DNA from: Deltaproteobacteria bacterium | Lineage (GTDB): Bacteria; JAGRBM01; JAHCIT01 | DNA: 64,000 bases | Assembly (NCBI GenBank): GCA_026129095.1 | Contig: JAHCIT010000003.1 | Location: 124,001-188,000 of the forward strand | Direction: 5' to 3' | Shown: one piece after another, positions 17,562 through 27,617 of the stretch | Layout: every line of letters begins with the position of its first letter | How positions within the stretch are numbered: position 1 is the stretch's first letter | Program-made: the position numbers and the translations under genes | The notes under the pieces: model-generated | The model's database searches: none | What the model was told of the DNA's origin: nothing | The model's input: the letters and a program-made list of their open reading frames with translations, nothing else

Positions 17562-19012
17562 TGGCTCGAATCTGGATGGTTTCGTCGGAGTGTTCTCCGT
17601 GGGCGAAATCGGGCGGACTGGGAGATGCCGTCGCGGCACTCTCGGGTGAACTCGCCCGGACCGGTGACGAAGTCCGGGTGTTTGTTCCGGGCTATGCATC
17701 TGTCCGGCGCGAGGACTTCAGTCATCATGACGGCTACATATCGGTCCCGCTCGGAAGCCACGACGAACCGGCGGAATTGAGATCGCTGGAAACACCGGAT
17801 GGCCTGATCGTGACCATCGTCGAGGCACCGGCATTTTTTGGACGGCCGGGATTTTATGGCGAGCAGGGGCAGGACTATCCCGACAACGACCGGAGGTTCG
17901 CGTTTTTTGCCCGCGCCGTAACTGAACTGGCCGTTCGTGGGAGGCCGGACATCCTTCATGTCCATGACTGGCAGGCAGCGCTGGTTTCCTTTTTCGCACG
18001 GCATGTGATTCCGTGGCCGGACCGCCGTCCGGGGATTGTGCTCACCATCCACAATGTCGGATACCAGGGATCGTTCCCGATGAGTGCGCTGGGCCTTCTT
18101 TCCATCCCATGGAACGAAATTGAAAGCCATCTGAACGGGGGCCCTCTGGAGTTCTACGGCACCTTCAATTTCCTCAAGGCGGGCATCCAGTCCGCCGACC
18201 TTGTGAATACGGTCAGCCCGGCCCATGCCAGCGAAACGCTTGCACCTGATCTTGGTTTTGGCCTCGACGGCCTGCTCAGGCATCTGGGGGACCGTTACCG
18301 GGGTATTCTGAACGGCATTGACCAGCGGGCATGGAACCCCGAAACAGGCAGATTCCTCGCACACCATTTCAGTGTGGATGATCTGGCCGGAAAGGGGCGG
18401 CTGAAGCAGGAGGTATTTGACCGTTTTGGCCTGCTCGGCGGAGAACGGCCGCCGCTCATCGCCCTGGTGAGCCGTCTTGTCTGGCAGAAAGGGATCGATG
18501 TTGCGCTGGAAGCACTGGGTCCGGCCATCCAGCAGGGTGCCCGTCTCGTTGCACTGGGGTCAGGCGATCCTGAACTTGAGGAAGGGCTCAGGATTCTGGA
18601 ACGGACATTCCCGGGAAGCGTTGCGGTCCGGATCGGTTTCGATGAAAATCTGTCACATCTTCTGATTGCTGCCGCCGACATGGTTCTGATCCCGTCCCGG
18701 TATGAACCCTGCGGGCTCATCCAGATGCAAGCGATGCGGTATGGCGCCCTGCCGGTGGCCTGCCGGACCGGTGGTCTCGCCGATACGATCACTGATCTGG
18801 CGGATTATCCCGATACAGGGACGGGGTTTCTTTTCAGCGGTCCTACGGCCGGAGCCCTCCGGCATGTGCTGGATAGGGCACTGGCCTTGTACCGGACCGA
18901 TCCGGCGGCATGGACAACCGCCATGCGACGCGCCATGCGAAAGGATTTTTCATGGGGCCGGTCCGCGGCTGAATACCGCGGCCTGTACCGCCGTGCGCTG
19001 GAGATGCGTTAG
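17561..19012 (+). CDS. glgA: Glycogen synthase (GT5)
   Basis: SECSPWAKSGGLGD, DNDRRF, HVHDWQ, TIHNVGYQG, GILNGID, SRLVWQKG, PSRYEPCGLIQM, TGGLADT. Confidence 0.97.
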   Translation: MARIWMVSSECSPWAKSGGLGDAVAALSGELARTGDEVRVFVPGYASVRREDFSHHDGYISVPLGSHDEPAELRSLETPDGLIVTIVEAPAFFGRPGFYGEQGQDYPDNDRRFAFFARAVTELAVRGRPDILHVHDWQAALVSFFARHVIPWPDRRPGIVLTIHNVGYQGSFPMSALGLLSIPWNEIESHLNGGPLEFYGTFNFLKAGIQSADLVNTVSPAHASETLAPDLGFGLDGLLRHLGDRYRGILNGIDQRAWNPETGRFLAHHFSVDDLAGKGRLKQEVFDRFGLLGGERPPLIALVSRLVWQKGIDVALEALGPAIQQGARLVALGSGDPELEEGLRILERTFPGSVAVRIGFDENLSHLLIAAADMVLIPSRYEPCGLIQMQAMRYGALPVACRTGGLADTITDLADYPDTGTGFLFSGPTAGALRHVLDRALALYRTDPAAWTTAMRRAMRKDFSWGRSAAEYRGLYRRALEMR

Positions 19013-19018
19013 GGCCTT

Positions 19019-19615
19019 TTATGCCGGATGCCGCTTGAGCCAGTTCTCCAGGAACTGGAGCCGGTCATTCCCCCAGAACATCTTGTCGCCCACAAAGAAT
19101 GACGGAGCGCCAAATACCCCGCGCCGGTGGGCTTCATCGGTGGATTCCTTGACGGCGCTCTTGATCTCCTCGGTCTGGGTAGCGGCAAGGATGGCCTCTG
19201 TGTCCTCTCCGGATTTTTCGAGCAGGGAGGCCAGCACGTCCGGGTTCGAAATATCCGCGTCCTCGGCCCAGTAGGCCCGGAAAACCGCTCCGATGAAACG
19301 GGCAGGGTCATGGCCGGCTTTCTCTATTGCGGCCGATGCCCGAAGCGCGCCGAGCGTGTTGATGGGAAAACGTGAGGGCATCTTGAGGGGGACGCCGTAA
19401 TGTGATGCCCAATCTTCCATGTCGGCGAGACTGTATTTCCACTTGAGCGGGTTGCTCATCGTGGGCGTATGGCCTGTGGTCTTGAATAACCCGCCCAGAA
19501 ACAGCGGCCGGTAGCGGAGCCTTGCGTTGTTCCGCTGGCAGAGGGCCTCGATCTGCGTCTGTGCAAGGTAGGTCCAGGGGCTGGAGAAGTCGTAGAAAAA
19601 CTCGACGGTATTCAT
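19019..19615 (-). CDS. DsbA-family 2-hydroxychromene-2-carboxylate isomerase-like (GST kappa) protein
   Basis: EFFYDFSSPWTYLA, GVFGAPSFFV..MFWGNDRL. Confidence 0.9.
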   Translation of the reverse strand: MNTVEFFYDFSSPWTYLAQTQIEALCQRNNARLRYRPLFLGGLFKTTGHTPTMSNPLKWKYSLADMEDWASHYGVPLKMPSRFPINTLGALRASAAIEKAGHDPARFIGAVFRAYWAEDADISNPDVLASLLEKSGEDTEAILAATQTEEIKSAVKESTDEAHRRGVFGAPSFFVGDKMFWGNDRLQFLENWLKRHPA

Positions 19616-19762
19616 GGCGTAGTTCTGGCCGGAAAGGAGCTCATGGGCAAACGGGGAATACCTTGTACCGGAGACCACCCCTTGAGCCGGGCGAGCCGTC
19701 TCTCTATATAGCCCGGTCCGGCCCCCGGCGGCCGGTCAACCTGCGGGAAAGATACGGGATTT

Positions 19763-22444
19763 ATGGCCAGACCCTTTGGAAAACGGATGACCACTCGCGA
19801 ATTGCGCGAGGCGTTTCTCACCTACTTCGAGTCGAAGGGCCACCGGCGCGTGCCGTCGTCTTCACTGGTGCCGATGCTGGCGCCGGGAAAGACAGATGAA
19901 ACCATCCTGTTCACCAATGCCGGCATGAACCAGTTCAAGCGGACCTTTCTTGGCGAGGAAAAACGGGACTATCGCCGGGCGACGAGCTGCCAGAAGTGCG
20001 TCCGGGCGGGGGGCAAGCATAACGACCTGGAAAACGTCGGCTTTACCCGCCGTCATCACACATTCTTCGAGATGCTGGGGAACTTTTCCTTTGGCGACTA
20101 TTTCAAGGAAGACGCCATCAGGTTTGCGTGGGAGTTCCTTACCGGTGTCCTCCAGCTTCCGAAGGACCGGCTCTGGGTGACGATCTTCGAGAAGGACGAC
20201 GAGGCGGGCGAACTCTGGAAAAAGCATACGGACGTGCTGCCGGGCCGTGTGCTCAAGATGGGCGAGGCCGACAACTTCTGGCGCATGGGAGACACAGGCC
20301 CCTGCGGACCATGCACTGAAATCCATATTGACCTCGGCGACAGTGATCCGATGAAGGGCAGCGGACCCGGGTCACCGGACGACGTGAACGAGCGTTATAT
20401 TGAGCTGTGGAATCTCGTCTTCATGCAGTTCAACCAGAAGGCTGACGGCCGCATGGAGCCTTTGCCCAAGCCCTCGGTCGATACGGGCGCGGGGCTGGAG
20501 CGTATCGCGGCGGTGCTTCAGGGGGCGAACGGCAACTATGAGACCGATGCCATCCGGAATATCATCTCGGATGCCGAAAAGATCACTGGCACCAGATTCG
20601 GTGCAAGCTCTGAACCGGACAGTTCGCTCCGGGTATTGGCCGACCATATCCGGGCCGCGGTATTCCTGATCGGCGACGGCGTGCTGCCGTCACGCGAAGG
20701 CCGTGGGTACGTTCTCCGGCGCATCATGCGGCGGGCGATCCGGCACGGCAAGAAACTCGGCATGGAAAAGCCGTTCTTCAATGGCCTGGCCGCCGCTGTC
20801 GTGCGCGAAATGGGCGATGTCTACCCGGAGATCGCGCAGAAAGAGGGCTATATTCGGGAGGCGATCCGGACCGAGGAAGAACTGTTCCTGAAGACACTGT
20901 CGCAGGGACTGGACCTTCTGCAGGGGCAACTGGCGATCCTCGATACCTACCAGCAGAAGGGAAAGCCCCGCCGGCTCGACGGCTCCTTCGCGTTCAGGCT
21001 TTACGATACCTACGGTTTTCCGCTGGATCTCACGCTCACGCTGGGCCGCGAGATGGGGTTCGAGGTGGACGAGGCGGAATTCGATAGAGAGATGGATGCC
21101 CAGCGTGAACGCTCCAGGGACGCGGCCCGCCAGGTTACGGCGGCGGCCGACGAAGTTTACCAGAAGTTCGCCGGCCAGAAGACGCTTTTTGCCGGATATG
21201 AAACGCCGCAGGTGAGTGCGAAAATCACGGCGATCATTCACCACGGACAGCCGGTAAGTGAAGTCCACAAAGGCGCCGATATCGAGTTCATAGTGGACAG
21301 GACGCCGTTTTACGGGGAAAGCGGCGGGCAGGTGGGGGATACGGGTAATGCCCGGACCGGCACGGCCCATGTCCGTGTGGATGACGTGCATAAGCCGCTG
21401 GAAAACCTGTTTGTCCACCGGGGGCACGTGGAGCAGGGAACGCTGAAGGTAGGCGATTCCATCGAACTGCATATCGACGAAGTGCGCCGCCAGCGCATAC
21501 GTCGCAACCATTCCGCGACACACCTGTTGCATGCGGCCCTCCGTCGCACGCTTGGTACGCACGTCTCCCAGGCTGGATCGCTGGTCGCTGCCGACCGGCT
21601 CAGGTTCGACTTTTCGCACCAGAAACGGCTGGACGACCGGGAACTCACCACCATCGAGGCGCTGGTGAACGAGGCGATCCGCCGGAACGATCCGGTCGAC
21701 GCACGGGTGACATCGTACGATGAGGCCTGCAAGGCCGGAGCGATGGCGCTCTTTGGCGAGAAATATGGTGATGAGGTGCGCGTCATCCGGATGGGTGACT
21801 TCTCGATGGAACTGTGCGGTGGAACCCATGTCTCCCATACCGGGGATATCGGCCTGTTCAAGATCATCCGCGAAGAAGCCGTGGCAGGCGGAGTCAGACG
21901 TGTTACCGCCGTGACGGGCGAGGCGGCGCTGGCTGAGTTTGCCCGCGCCGAACGGACACTGGAGTCGCTGGCTGAGAAGCTGGCGGTCCCGGCGGCAGAT
22001 ATACCGGCGCGGGTGGAGAAACTCCTGGAGCGGGTGAAAGAGCTTGAGCACGAGGTGGACAAGCTGAAGCGCAAGCTCATATCCGGAGAAGGCAGGGCCG
22101 ACATTGGTTCGCTTATCGACCGGTCCGGTCCGGTTGCGAAAATCGTTCACCGGCTGGACGGCGCCGATGCCGGAACGCTGCGCGAGTTTGCCGACCGGGC
22201 GAGGGAAAAGCTGGGCTCAGGAGTCGTCGTCGCGGCCTCGGAGAATGAGGGCAGGGCCGGCCTTATCGTGGCGGCGACGGCGGACCTCAAAAACAAGGTC
22301 AACGCCGGTGCGATCGTGAAGGAGATCGCTCCACTGATCGGGGGCAAGGGTGGTGGCAAGCCCGACATGGCCCAGGCCGGCGGGAACGACCCTACGGGGA
22401 TTCCAAACGCACTGGCACGCGCAAAAGAGTTGCTGTCGAAATAA
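19763..22444 (+). CDS. alaS: Alanine--tRNA ligase (alternative start 19787)
   Basis: LFTNAGMNQFK, RHHTFFEMLGNFSFGDYFK, GPCGPCTEI, LYDTYGFP, editing motifs HSATHLLH and ELCGGTH, GGKGGG..AQAGG. Confidence 0.99.
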   Translation: MARPFGKRMTTRELREAFLTYFESKGHRRVPSSSLVPMLAPGKTDETILFTNAGMNQFKRTFLGEEKRDYRRATSCQKCVRAGGKHNDLENVGFTRRHHTFFEMLGNFSFGDYFKEDAIRFAWEFLTGVLQLPKDRLWVTIFEKDDEAGELWKKHTDVLPGRVLKMGEADNFWRMGDTGPCGPCTEIHIDLGDSDPMKGSGPGSPDDVNERYIELWNLVFMQFNQKADGRMEPLPKPSVDTGAGLERIAAVLQGANGNYETDAIRNIISDAEKITGTRFGASSEPDSSLRVLADHIRAAVFLIGDGVLPSREGRGYVLRRIMRRAIRHGKKLGMEKPFFNGLAAAVVREMGDVYPEIAQKEGYIREAIRTEEELFLKTLSQGLDLLQGQLAILDTYQQKGKPRRLDGSFAFRLYDTYGFPLDLTLTLGREMGFEVDEAEFDREMDAQRERSRDAARQVTAAADEVYQKFAGQKTLFAGYETPQVSAKITAIIHHGQPVSEVHKGADIEFIVDRTPFYGESGGQVGDTGNARTGTAHVRVDDVHKPLENLFVHRGHVEQGTLKVGDSIELHIDEVRRQRIRRNHSATHLLHAALRRTLGTHVSQAGSLVAADRLRFDFSHQKRLDDRELTTIEALVNEAIRRNDPVDARVTSYDEACKAGAMALFGEKYGDEVRVIRMGDFSMELCGGTHVSHTGDIGLFKIIREEAVAGGVRRVTAVTGEAALAEFARAERTLESLAEKLAVPAADIPARVEKLLERVKELEHEVDKLKRKLISGEGRADIGSLIDRSGPVAKIVHRLDGADAGTLREFADRAREKLGSGVVVAASENEGRAGLIVAATADLKNKVNAGAIVKEIAPLIGGKGGGKPDMAQAGGNDPTGIPNALARAKELLSK

Positions 22445-22536
22445 CGCTTACGCGCGTTGGGGAGTTGCCGATTCTCCCTGATCGGGTAAGCTCCCGGCCG
22501 TAGCGTTTATTCCTGATTTGCGGGGAGAGGTTCCCA

Positions 22537-23703
22537 ATGGAGCTGAACGAAATCCTCAAGACGGCTCTCAGCCGGGGGAGTTCGGATATTCATATCAAGG
22601 CGGGATTGCCGCCGATCTTGCGTCTGAATGGGGCCCTGACGCCGTTCAAGGATGCCCCACGGCTCACTCCGGATATCGTCAACAAGATGGCGTTTGGCAT
22701 CATGAACAACGCCCAGAAAAACAAGTTCAAGGAGTTTAACGAATGTGACCTGGCATATGGCGTGCCGGGGCTTGGCCGTTTTCGTGTCAACGTGTTCCAG
22801 CAGCGGGGCACCATCGGGATGGTGCTCCGGTCGATACCGTTCAATATCCTGTCGGTTGACCAGCTCAACCTGCCGCCGGTGCTGAAAAAGATCGCCATGT
22901 ATGAACGCGGACTGGTGCTCGTGACCGGGACCACCGGTTCGGGCAAGTCCACGACACTCGCCGCAATGATCGATCATGTAAACCAGAGCCGAACGGCTCA
23001 TATCATGACGATCGAGGATCCGATCGAGTTTCTGCATCGTGACAAGAAATCGATCATCAACCAGCGGGAAGTCGGCTTCGATACCGTCAGCTTCGCACAG
23101 GCGCTCCGGTCAGCCCTTCGCCAGGATCCGGACGTGATTCTGGTAGGCGAAATGCGCGATTTCGAAACGATCGAGATCGCCCTCACGGCGGCGGAAACCG
23201 GGCATCTCGTGTTTTCGACCCTGCATACACTGGATGCGGCCGAGACAATCACCCGTATCGTGACGGCGTTCCCGCCGTATCAGCAGAACCAGGTCCGGTT
23301 GCAGCTTGGCGGTATTGTGAAGGGAATCATCTCCCAGCGGCTGGTGCCCACCAAGGACGGGAAGGGCCGCGTGGCGGCGGTGGAGGTAATGGTCTCCACC
23401 GCACGCACCCGCGAGTGCATGGAGGATAAGGAAAAGGTCAAGGAAATCCGGTCCGCCATCCAGAAGGGTTTCCAGACCTACGGTATGCAGACTTTCGACC
23501 AGTCGCTTTTCTACCACTTCAAGCGTGGCGCCATCGCCTATGAGGAGGCCCTGCGGCAGAGCTCCAATCCTGACGACTTCGCACTTCGCGTGTCGGGTAT
23601 TTCCGGCACCTCGGATACCGACTTCGACGAGTTTGGCGAGGCGGCCGAAGGCGAACTGGAGCAGGCGCACGGTGGTGACGACAGCGATCTTGAGCTGGAA
23701 TGA
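22537..23703 (+). CDS. pilT: Type IV pilus retraction ATPase (PilT/PilU family)
   Basis: SDIHI, RFRVNVF, Walker A VTGTTGSGKSTTLAA, TIEDPIE, ALRQDPDVILVGEMRD, AETGHLVFSTLH, GMQTFDQ. Confidence 0.93.
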   Translation: MELNEILKTALSRGSSDIHIKAGLPPILRLNGALTPFKDAPRLTPDIVNKMAFGIMNNAQKNKFKEFNECDLAYGVPGLGRFRVNVFQQRGTIGMVLRSIPFNILSVDQLNLPPVLKKIAMYERGLVLVTGTTGSGKSTTLAAMIDHVNQSRTAHIMTIEDPIEFLHRDKKSIINQREVGFDTVSFAQALRSALRQDPDVILVGEMRDFETIEIALTAAETGHLVFSTLHTLDAAETITRIVTAFPPYQQNQVRLQLGGIVKGIISQRLVPTKDGKGRVAAVEVMVSTARTRECMEDKEKVKEIRSAIQKGFQTYGMQTFDQSLFYHFKRGAIAYEEALRQSSNPDDFALRVSGISGTSDTDFDEFGEAAEGELEQAHGGDDSDLELE

Positions 23704-23718
23704 GCGGCAGCAGAAGGG

Positions 23719-24258
23719 ATGCGGGCGATGTCCGGCCATCCAGCCCGTAAGAAGAATGCCCGCGAAAAGCCGCCGGCCCACGTAAAAGCGGTAGACCTGC
23801 TTAGCCGTTCCGGCCATTCCCGCCGGGAACTGGCCCGCAAGCTGAGGCAGCGCAATTACGGTCCCGATGAAATTGAGGCTGGAGTCCGGTTCGTCGAAGA
23901 CCGGAATTTCCTCAACGAGGAACGGGACGCCGAGGCGGCTGCCCGGACCCTTTGCGGGCGGGGTTACTGGGGGCTCGCCGTGAGGGCGAGGCTCGTTACA
24001 CGGGGTTTCCCGAAGTCCGCGATCGACCGGGCACTCGACCAGATGGAGACGGAAACCCCGGTGGATAAGGCCCTTGCCCGGATGCTTCCCGCGAAACTGC
24101 CGGCCGACCTGAAGGCCCGCCAGCGGCTCGCCCTGAAAATCGTCCGGCGCGGGTTCCCGGTTTCCCTGGTGCGCCGCAGGTTCGATGACTTGCCTTCAGA
24201 AATGCTCGAAACCGCCGAGGCTGAATTCCCGGATCATGATGGATGCGACGAGGAGTAG
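23719..24258 (+). CDS. recX: Regulatory protein RecX
   Basis: AVDLLSR..HSRRELARKL, FLNEERDA, L..RGF repeats. Confidence 0.85.
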   Translation: MRAMSGHPARKKNAREKPPAHVKAVDLLSRSGHSRRELARKLRQRNYGPDEIEAGVRFVEDRNFLNEERDAEAAARTLCGRGYWGLAVRARLVTRGFPKSAIDRALDQMETETPVDKALARMLPAKLPADLKARQRLALKIVRRGFPVSLVRRRFDDLPSEMLETAEAEFPDHDGCDEE

Positions 24259-24263
24259 ATCCG

Positions 24264-24965
24264 GTGTCTGAATCCAAACCCAGAACCGGTCTTCGTGTCG
24301 GCATTCTGCTTGCAGGAGCGGCCCTGTTTGCCCTGGTTGCATGGAAACTCGGTATCGGACTGCCGTCTCCTGATTCGATCCGTCAAACGTTCGACAAATG
24401 GCAGGCTGACCCGAAGGTCGGACCGAATCTGGTCCCCTTTTACCTGGGGTTCATTTTCTTTTTCGGCATTTTTGGTTTCCCACGAGGTGTGGTGGCAGCG
24501 ATCGGCATTGGCCTCATGGGTGAGGTTAAAACCTGGCTGGCGTTCTCGCTGATCCTGCCAGTCTCCGCCCTGATCCAGTTCATGGTGATCCGCTGGGCCA
24601 TCGCTGCCTGGGTGCGTGACCGGCTTCCGGCGCAGGCGGTCCAGTGGGAAGAACGTATCCTTAAGCACGGTTTCTGGGCCGTGGCCCTGCTGCGCGGATT
24701 TCCTCCCACGGCCATGGGGATGTTCAACTCCGTCTGCGCCGTCTCGGCGCTCCGGCCGCAGATATTCTTTCTGGGCTCTCTGGCGGGCTACGTCATATCG
24801 AGCCTTTTCTACGTGATTCTCGCCGGATTCCTGCTGGAGCTTTACCTGCGCGTATGGGACTCGGAGTGGGCGATGCCGATTGTCGTGGCCATCATTATTG
24901 TGACCATAGGGGCGATGTATACCGTGTACGGTCAACTCAAGAAACAAGGGAAGAAGAAGGGGTAG
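24264..24965 (+). CDS. TVP38/TMEM64 (VTT/DedA-like) membrane protein
   Basis: Several hydrophobic helices; VALLRGFPP...FN....S.LR...FFLGSL.G pattern. Confidence 0.75.
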   Translation: MSESKPRTGLRVGILLAGAALFALVAWKLGIGLPSPDSIRQTFDKWQADPKVGPNLVPFYLGFIFFFGIFGFPRGVVAAIGIGLMGEVKTWLAFSLILPVSALIQFMVIRWAIAAWVRDRLPAQAVQWEERILKHGFWAVALLRGFPPTAMGMFNSVCAVSALRPQIFFLGSLAGYVISSLFYVILAGFLLELYLRVWDSEWAMPIVVAIIIVTIGAMYTVYGQLKKQGKKKG

Positions 24966-24971
24966 GCATCG

Positions 24972-25940
24972 TTACATCCAGCCCTTGCTCCGGAAATAGG
25001 CGATGGCCCTGTCGAAACTCTCCCCGATCGGCCGGGGACTGAATCCCAGTTCTTTGATAGCCTTGGTATTGGCGTAGGCAATACGCTTTTCCAGATAATC
25101 AGCCGACTTGTGGGGCAGGGCGCCGAGCGTGATCAATGCGCCGATTCGCGCTCCGATCTGAAGGAAAGGGACCGGTATGCCGATGGGGGGCGGGTGCTTC
25201 CCGGCGGCCCGGGCCACCTCACGGACCATCTCCTTCATGGTGAAGTTGGCATGTGTCAGCAGGTAGCGCTCCCCGGTCCGGCCCTTTCTGAGCGCCTTCA
25301 GATGGCCATCGGCCACGTCATCCACGTCCACGTAGTTCTGGGTTCCCTGGAAGTAGAACGGCCAGGGGCGCCGGGCGAACGACAGCAGGACGGCACCGGT
25401 GGGACCGGGAATGCGGTCGCCGGGGCCGATCGGGGCTGAAGGGTTGACGATCACGGCGTCGAGGCCACGCGGGATCCACTGCAAGACCTCGCGTTCGGCC
25501 AGAAACTTGGAATCAAGGTAAGGCACTTCAAGCGGTCCGAGATCCCATATGGTCTCTTCATCGGCAAGACCCTCCGGTGGCGCCGAACCAATGGCAGCGG
25601 TGGAAGAGGTGTGGACAAACCGTTTGACCTTTGCCTTTGCCGCGGCCTCCAGCACATTGCGGGTGCCCAGCACATTGGCGGTGATAATCTCCTCGCGCGG
25701 TGCGGTCACTTTATGGACGGCGGCGGTATGAAAGACGTATTCGACATCCTTCATTGCTGACGCGATCGAGAGCACATCGCCAAGATCGCCGTGAATGAGG
25801 TCGTAAGAGAGCCCATCCAGATTCTCCGTGGATGACCCCTTGCGGGCAAGCACGCGGGGGCGTTCACCTTCGGTACACAGGGCACGCACCACTGCCGAAC
25901 CGACGAATCCGGTTCCACCGGTGACGAGAATCTGGCCCAT
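24972..25940 (-). CDS. NAD-dependent epimerase/dehydratase (dihydroflavonol reductase/HpnA-like)
   Basis: VTGGTGFVG, VFHTAA, VHTSS, YLDSK catalytic YxxxK, IVNPSAPIGPGD, VDVDDVA. Confidence 0.88.
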   Translation of the reverse strand: MGQILVTGGTGFVGSAVVRALCTEGERPRVLARKGSSTENLDGLSYDLIHGDLGDVLSIASAMKDVEYVFHTAAVHKVTAPREEIITANVLGTRNVLEAAAKAKVKRFVHTSSTAAIGSAPPEGLADEETIWDLGPLEVPYLDSKFLAEREVLQWIPRGLDAVIVNPSAPIGPGDRIPGPTGAVLLSFARRPWPFYFQGTQNYVDVDDVADGHLKALRKGRTGERYLLTHANFTMKEMVREVARAAGKHPPPIGIPVPFLQIGARIGALITLGALPHKSADYLEKRIAYANTKAIKELGFSPRPIGESFDRAIAYFRSKGWM

Positions 25941-26066
25941 AAGTGCAAATACTCCAGCGAAAGTCCGGATCATCTGGAAATGAACCGGCCGATACGCTAC
26001 TAGTTAACCCGAGGTTTCCGGTGCAACTGTCCCCTGCCGGACCGCTTTTCGCAGGACGATCCCTTC

Positions 26067-27464
26067 ATGCTGTTCAACCAGACGATGATACTCCGTACGC
26101 TCCGGTGCCGGAACCGCAATATGCCGGGCGTCCTCGGCCGGCTGCTGACCATGATCGGCGACCAGGGCGGTTATGTCGGCGAGATCGAGACGGTTTCGTT
26201 CGGCAACAACTATGCGGTGCGGGATATTGATATCCTGTGCGAGAACGAGGCGATCCTCCAGAAGATTCTCGATGCCGTGAAACGGGCTCCGGACGTGGAC
26301 GTGCTGGAAGTCCGCGACGAAGTGATGGATATTCACCGGGGCGGCAAGATCTGCTCCCAGCCTACCCATCCCATCCGTTCGGTGGCGGACCTGCGCAAGG
26401 TGTATACGCCGGGCGTGGCAGACGTGTCGCGGGCGGTGGTCGAGCGTCCGGAACTGGCCGAGATATACTCTTCCATCGGCAGCACGGTGGCCATCTGCAC
26501 GAACGGTTCCCGTGTGCTGGGCCTTGGCAACATCGGCCCGGAAGCATCCATGCCAGTGATGGAGGGCAAGGCGGCTCTTCTGACCCAGTTCGTCGGTCTG
26601 AACGCTTGGCCGGTCCTGATCGGAACCCGGGACATCAACGAGTTCGTGGAAACAGTCGTGAAGATTTCATCTACGTTTGCCGCGATCCATCTGGAGGACA
26701 TCGAAACTCCCGCCTGCTTCGAAATCGAGGAGAAGCTGATCGAACGGCTCAACAAGCCCGTGATGCACGACGACCAGCATGGCACGGCCGTCGCCGCCCT
26801 CGCTGCCGTCATCTCCGCCTGCAAGGAGATCGGCATGGACCTTGCCACGGCAAAAGTCGGCCAGGTGGGCCTGGGTGCGGCCGGTTTTGCCATTTCACGG
26901 CTGGTGGCCAAATACACAGGCCAGCCGGTCAAGGGATGCGACCGCAACAGCGACGCCGTCGCCCGGTTCAAGGCTGGCGGCGGTATCGAAAGCAGCATGG
27001 ACGATATCCTCGTTGAGAGTGACATCGTGCTGATGACAACCGGCGTGAAGGGGCTCCTCAAACCTGACCGGGTACGCAAGGGCTCGGTCGTAATGGCGCT
27101 CTCGAATCCGAACCCGGAGATCGATCCGCAGGAAGCCATGCAGGCCGGAGCCGCAATTGCGGTTGACGGGCGCAGCGTGAACAACATCCTGGGCTATCCG
27201 GGGATATGGAAGGGCGCTCTGGACGCCAAGGCCAGCCGGATTGTGCCGGAAATGCTGATTGCCGCCGCCGAGGCGATTGCCCAGGAGGCGCACGGGGATG
27301 ATGAACTGCTGCCATCCCCGCTCAACCTGTCGGTTCACCGGAGCGTGGCGGCCGCTGTTGCCCGTGCGGCGATGAAGGCGGGTGTTGCCCAGAAAACGCT
27401 GGACGAGGACTATTTCCACCACATCAGGGGCGAGCAGGTCATTCGGACGGCAGGCCCCTCCTGA
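26067..27464 (+). CDS. NAD(P)-dependent malic enzyme with N-terminal ACT domain
   Basis: ACT-like NMPGVLGRL; VYTPGVA, VLGLGNIGP, PVMEGKA, LEDI, HDDQHGT, ALSNPNPEI. Confidence 0.92.
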   Translation: MLFNQTMILRTLRCRNRNMPGVLGRLLTMIGDQGGYVGEIETVSFGNNYAVRDIDILCENEAILQKILDAVKRAPDVDVLEVRDEVMDIHRGGKICSQPTHPIRSVADLRKVYTPGVADVSRAVVERPELAEIYSSIGSTVAICTNGSRVLGLGNIGPEASMPVMEGKAALLTQFVGLNAWPVLIGTRDINEFVETVVKISSTFAAIHLEDIETPACFEIEEKLIERLNKPVMHDDQHGTAVAALAAVISACKEIGMDLATAKVGQVGLGAAGFAISRLVAKYTGQPVKGCDRNSDAVARFKAGGGIESSMDDILVESDIVLMTTGVKGLLKPDRVRKGSVVMALSNPNPEIDPQEAMQAGAAIAVDGRSVNNILGYPGIWKGALDAKASRIVPEMLIAAAEAIAQEAHGDDELLPSPLNLSVHRSVAAAVARAAMKAGVAQKTLDEDYFHHIRGEQVIRTAGPS

Positions 27465-27510
27465 AATCGTTTATTAAAGAGTTCATTAAGTGCCGGTGCT
27501 TTGCTGCCGC

Positions 27511-27539
27511 TTGCGAAGCGGACATGTGGCACGTACAAT
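27511..27539 (+). promoter_or_regulatory. Candidate sigma70 promoter for pilC-pilS-pilR
   Basis: TTGCGA-17 nt-TACAAT, about 80 nt upstream of pilC ATG. Confidence 0.55.
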
Positions 27540-27617
27540 AAGGTGCTGAAATCAGGGCAGTCAGTTCTGTAGTCCCACGCTGCGCTGAGGGGATTGTTCC
27601 CCACGTAAGGTGGTTTT

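Noticed and set aside
20690..22150. 486-aa minus-strand ORF inside alaS, and similar long antisense ORFs (17186, 37514, 46652, 55759)
   Set aside because: Fully overlap well-supported genes; typical high-GC shadow frames.
27526..27542. Sigma54 promoter (TGGCACG) before pilC
   Set aside because: No TTGC at -12; a sigma70 TTGCGA-17-TACAAT fits better.
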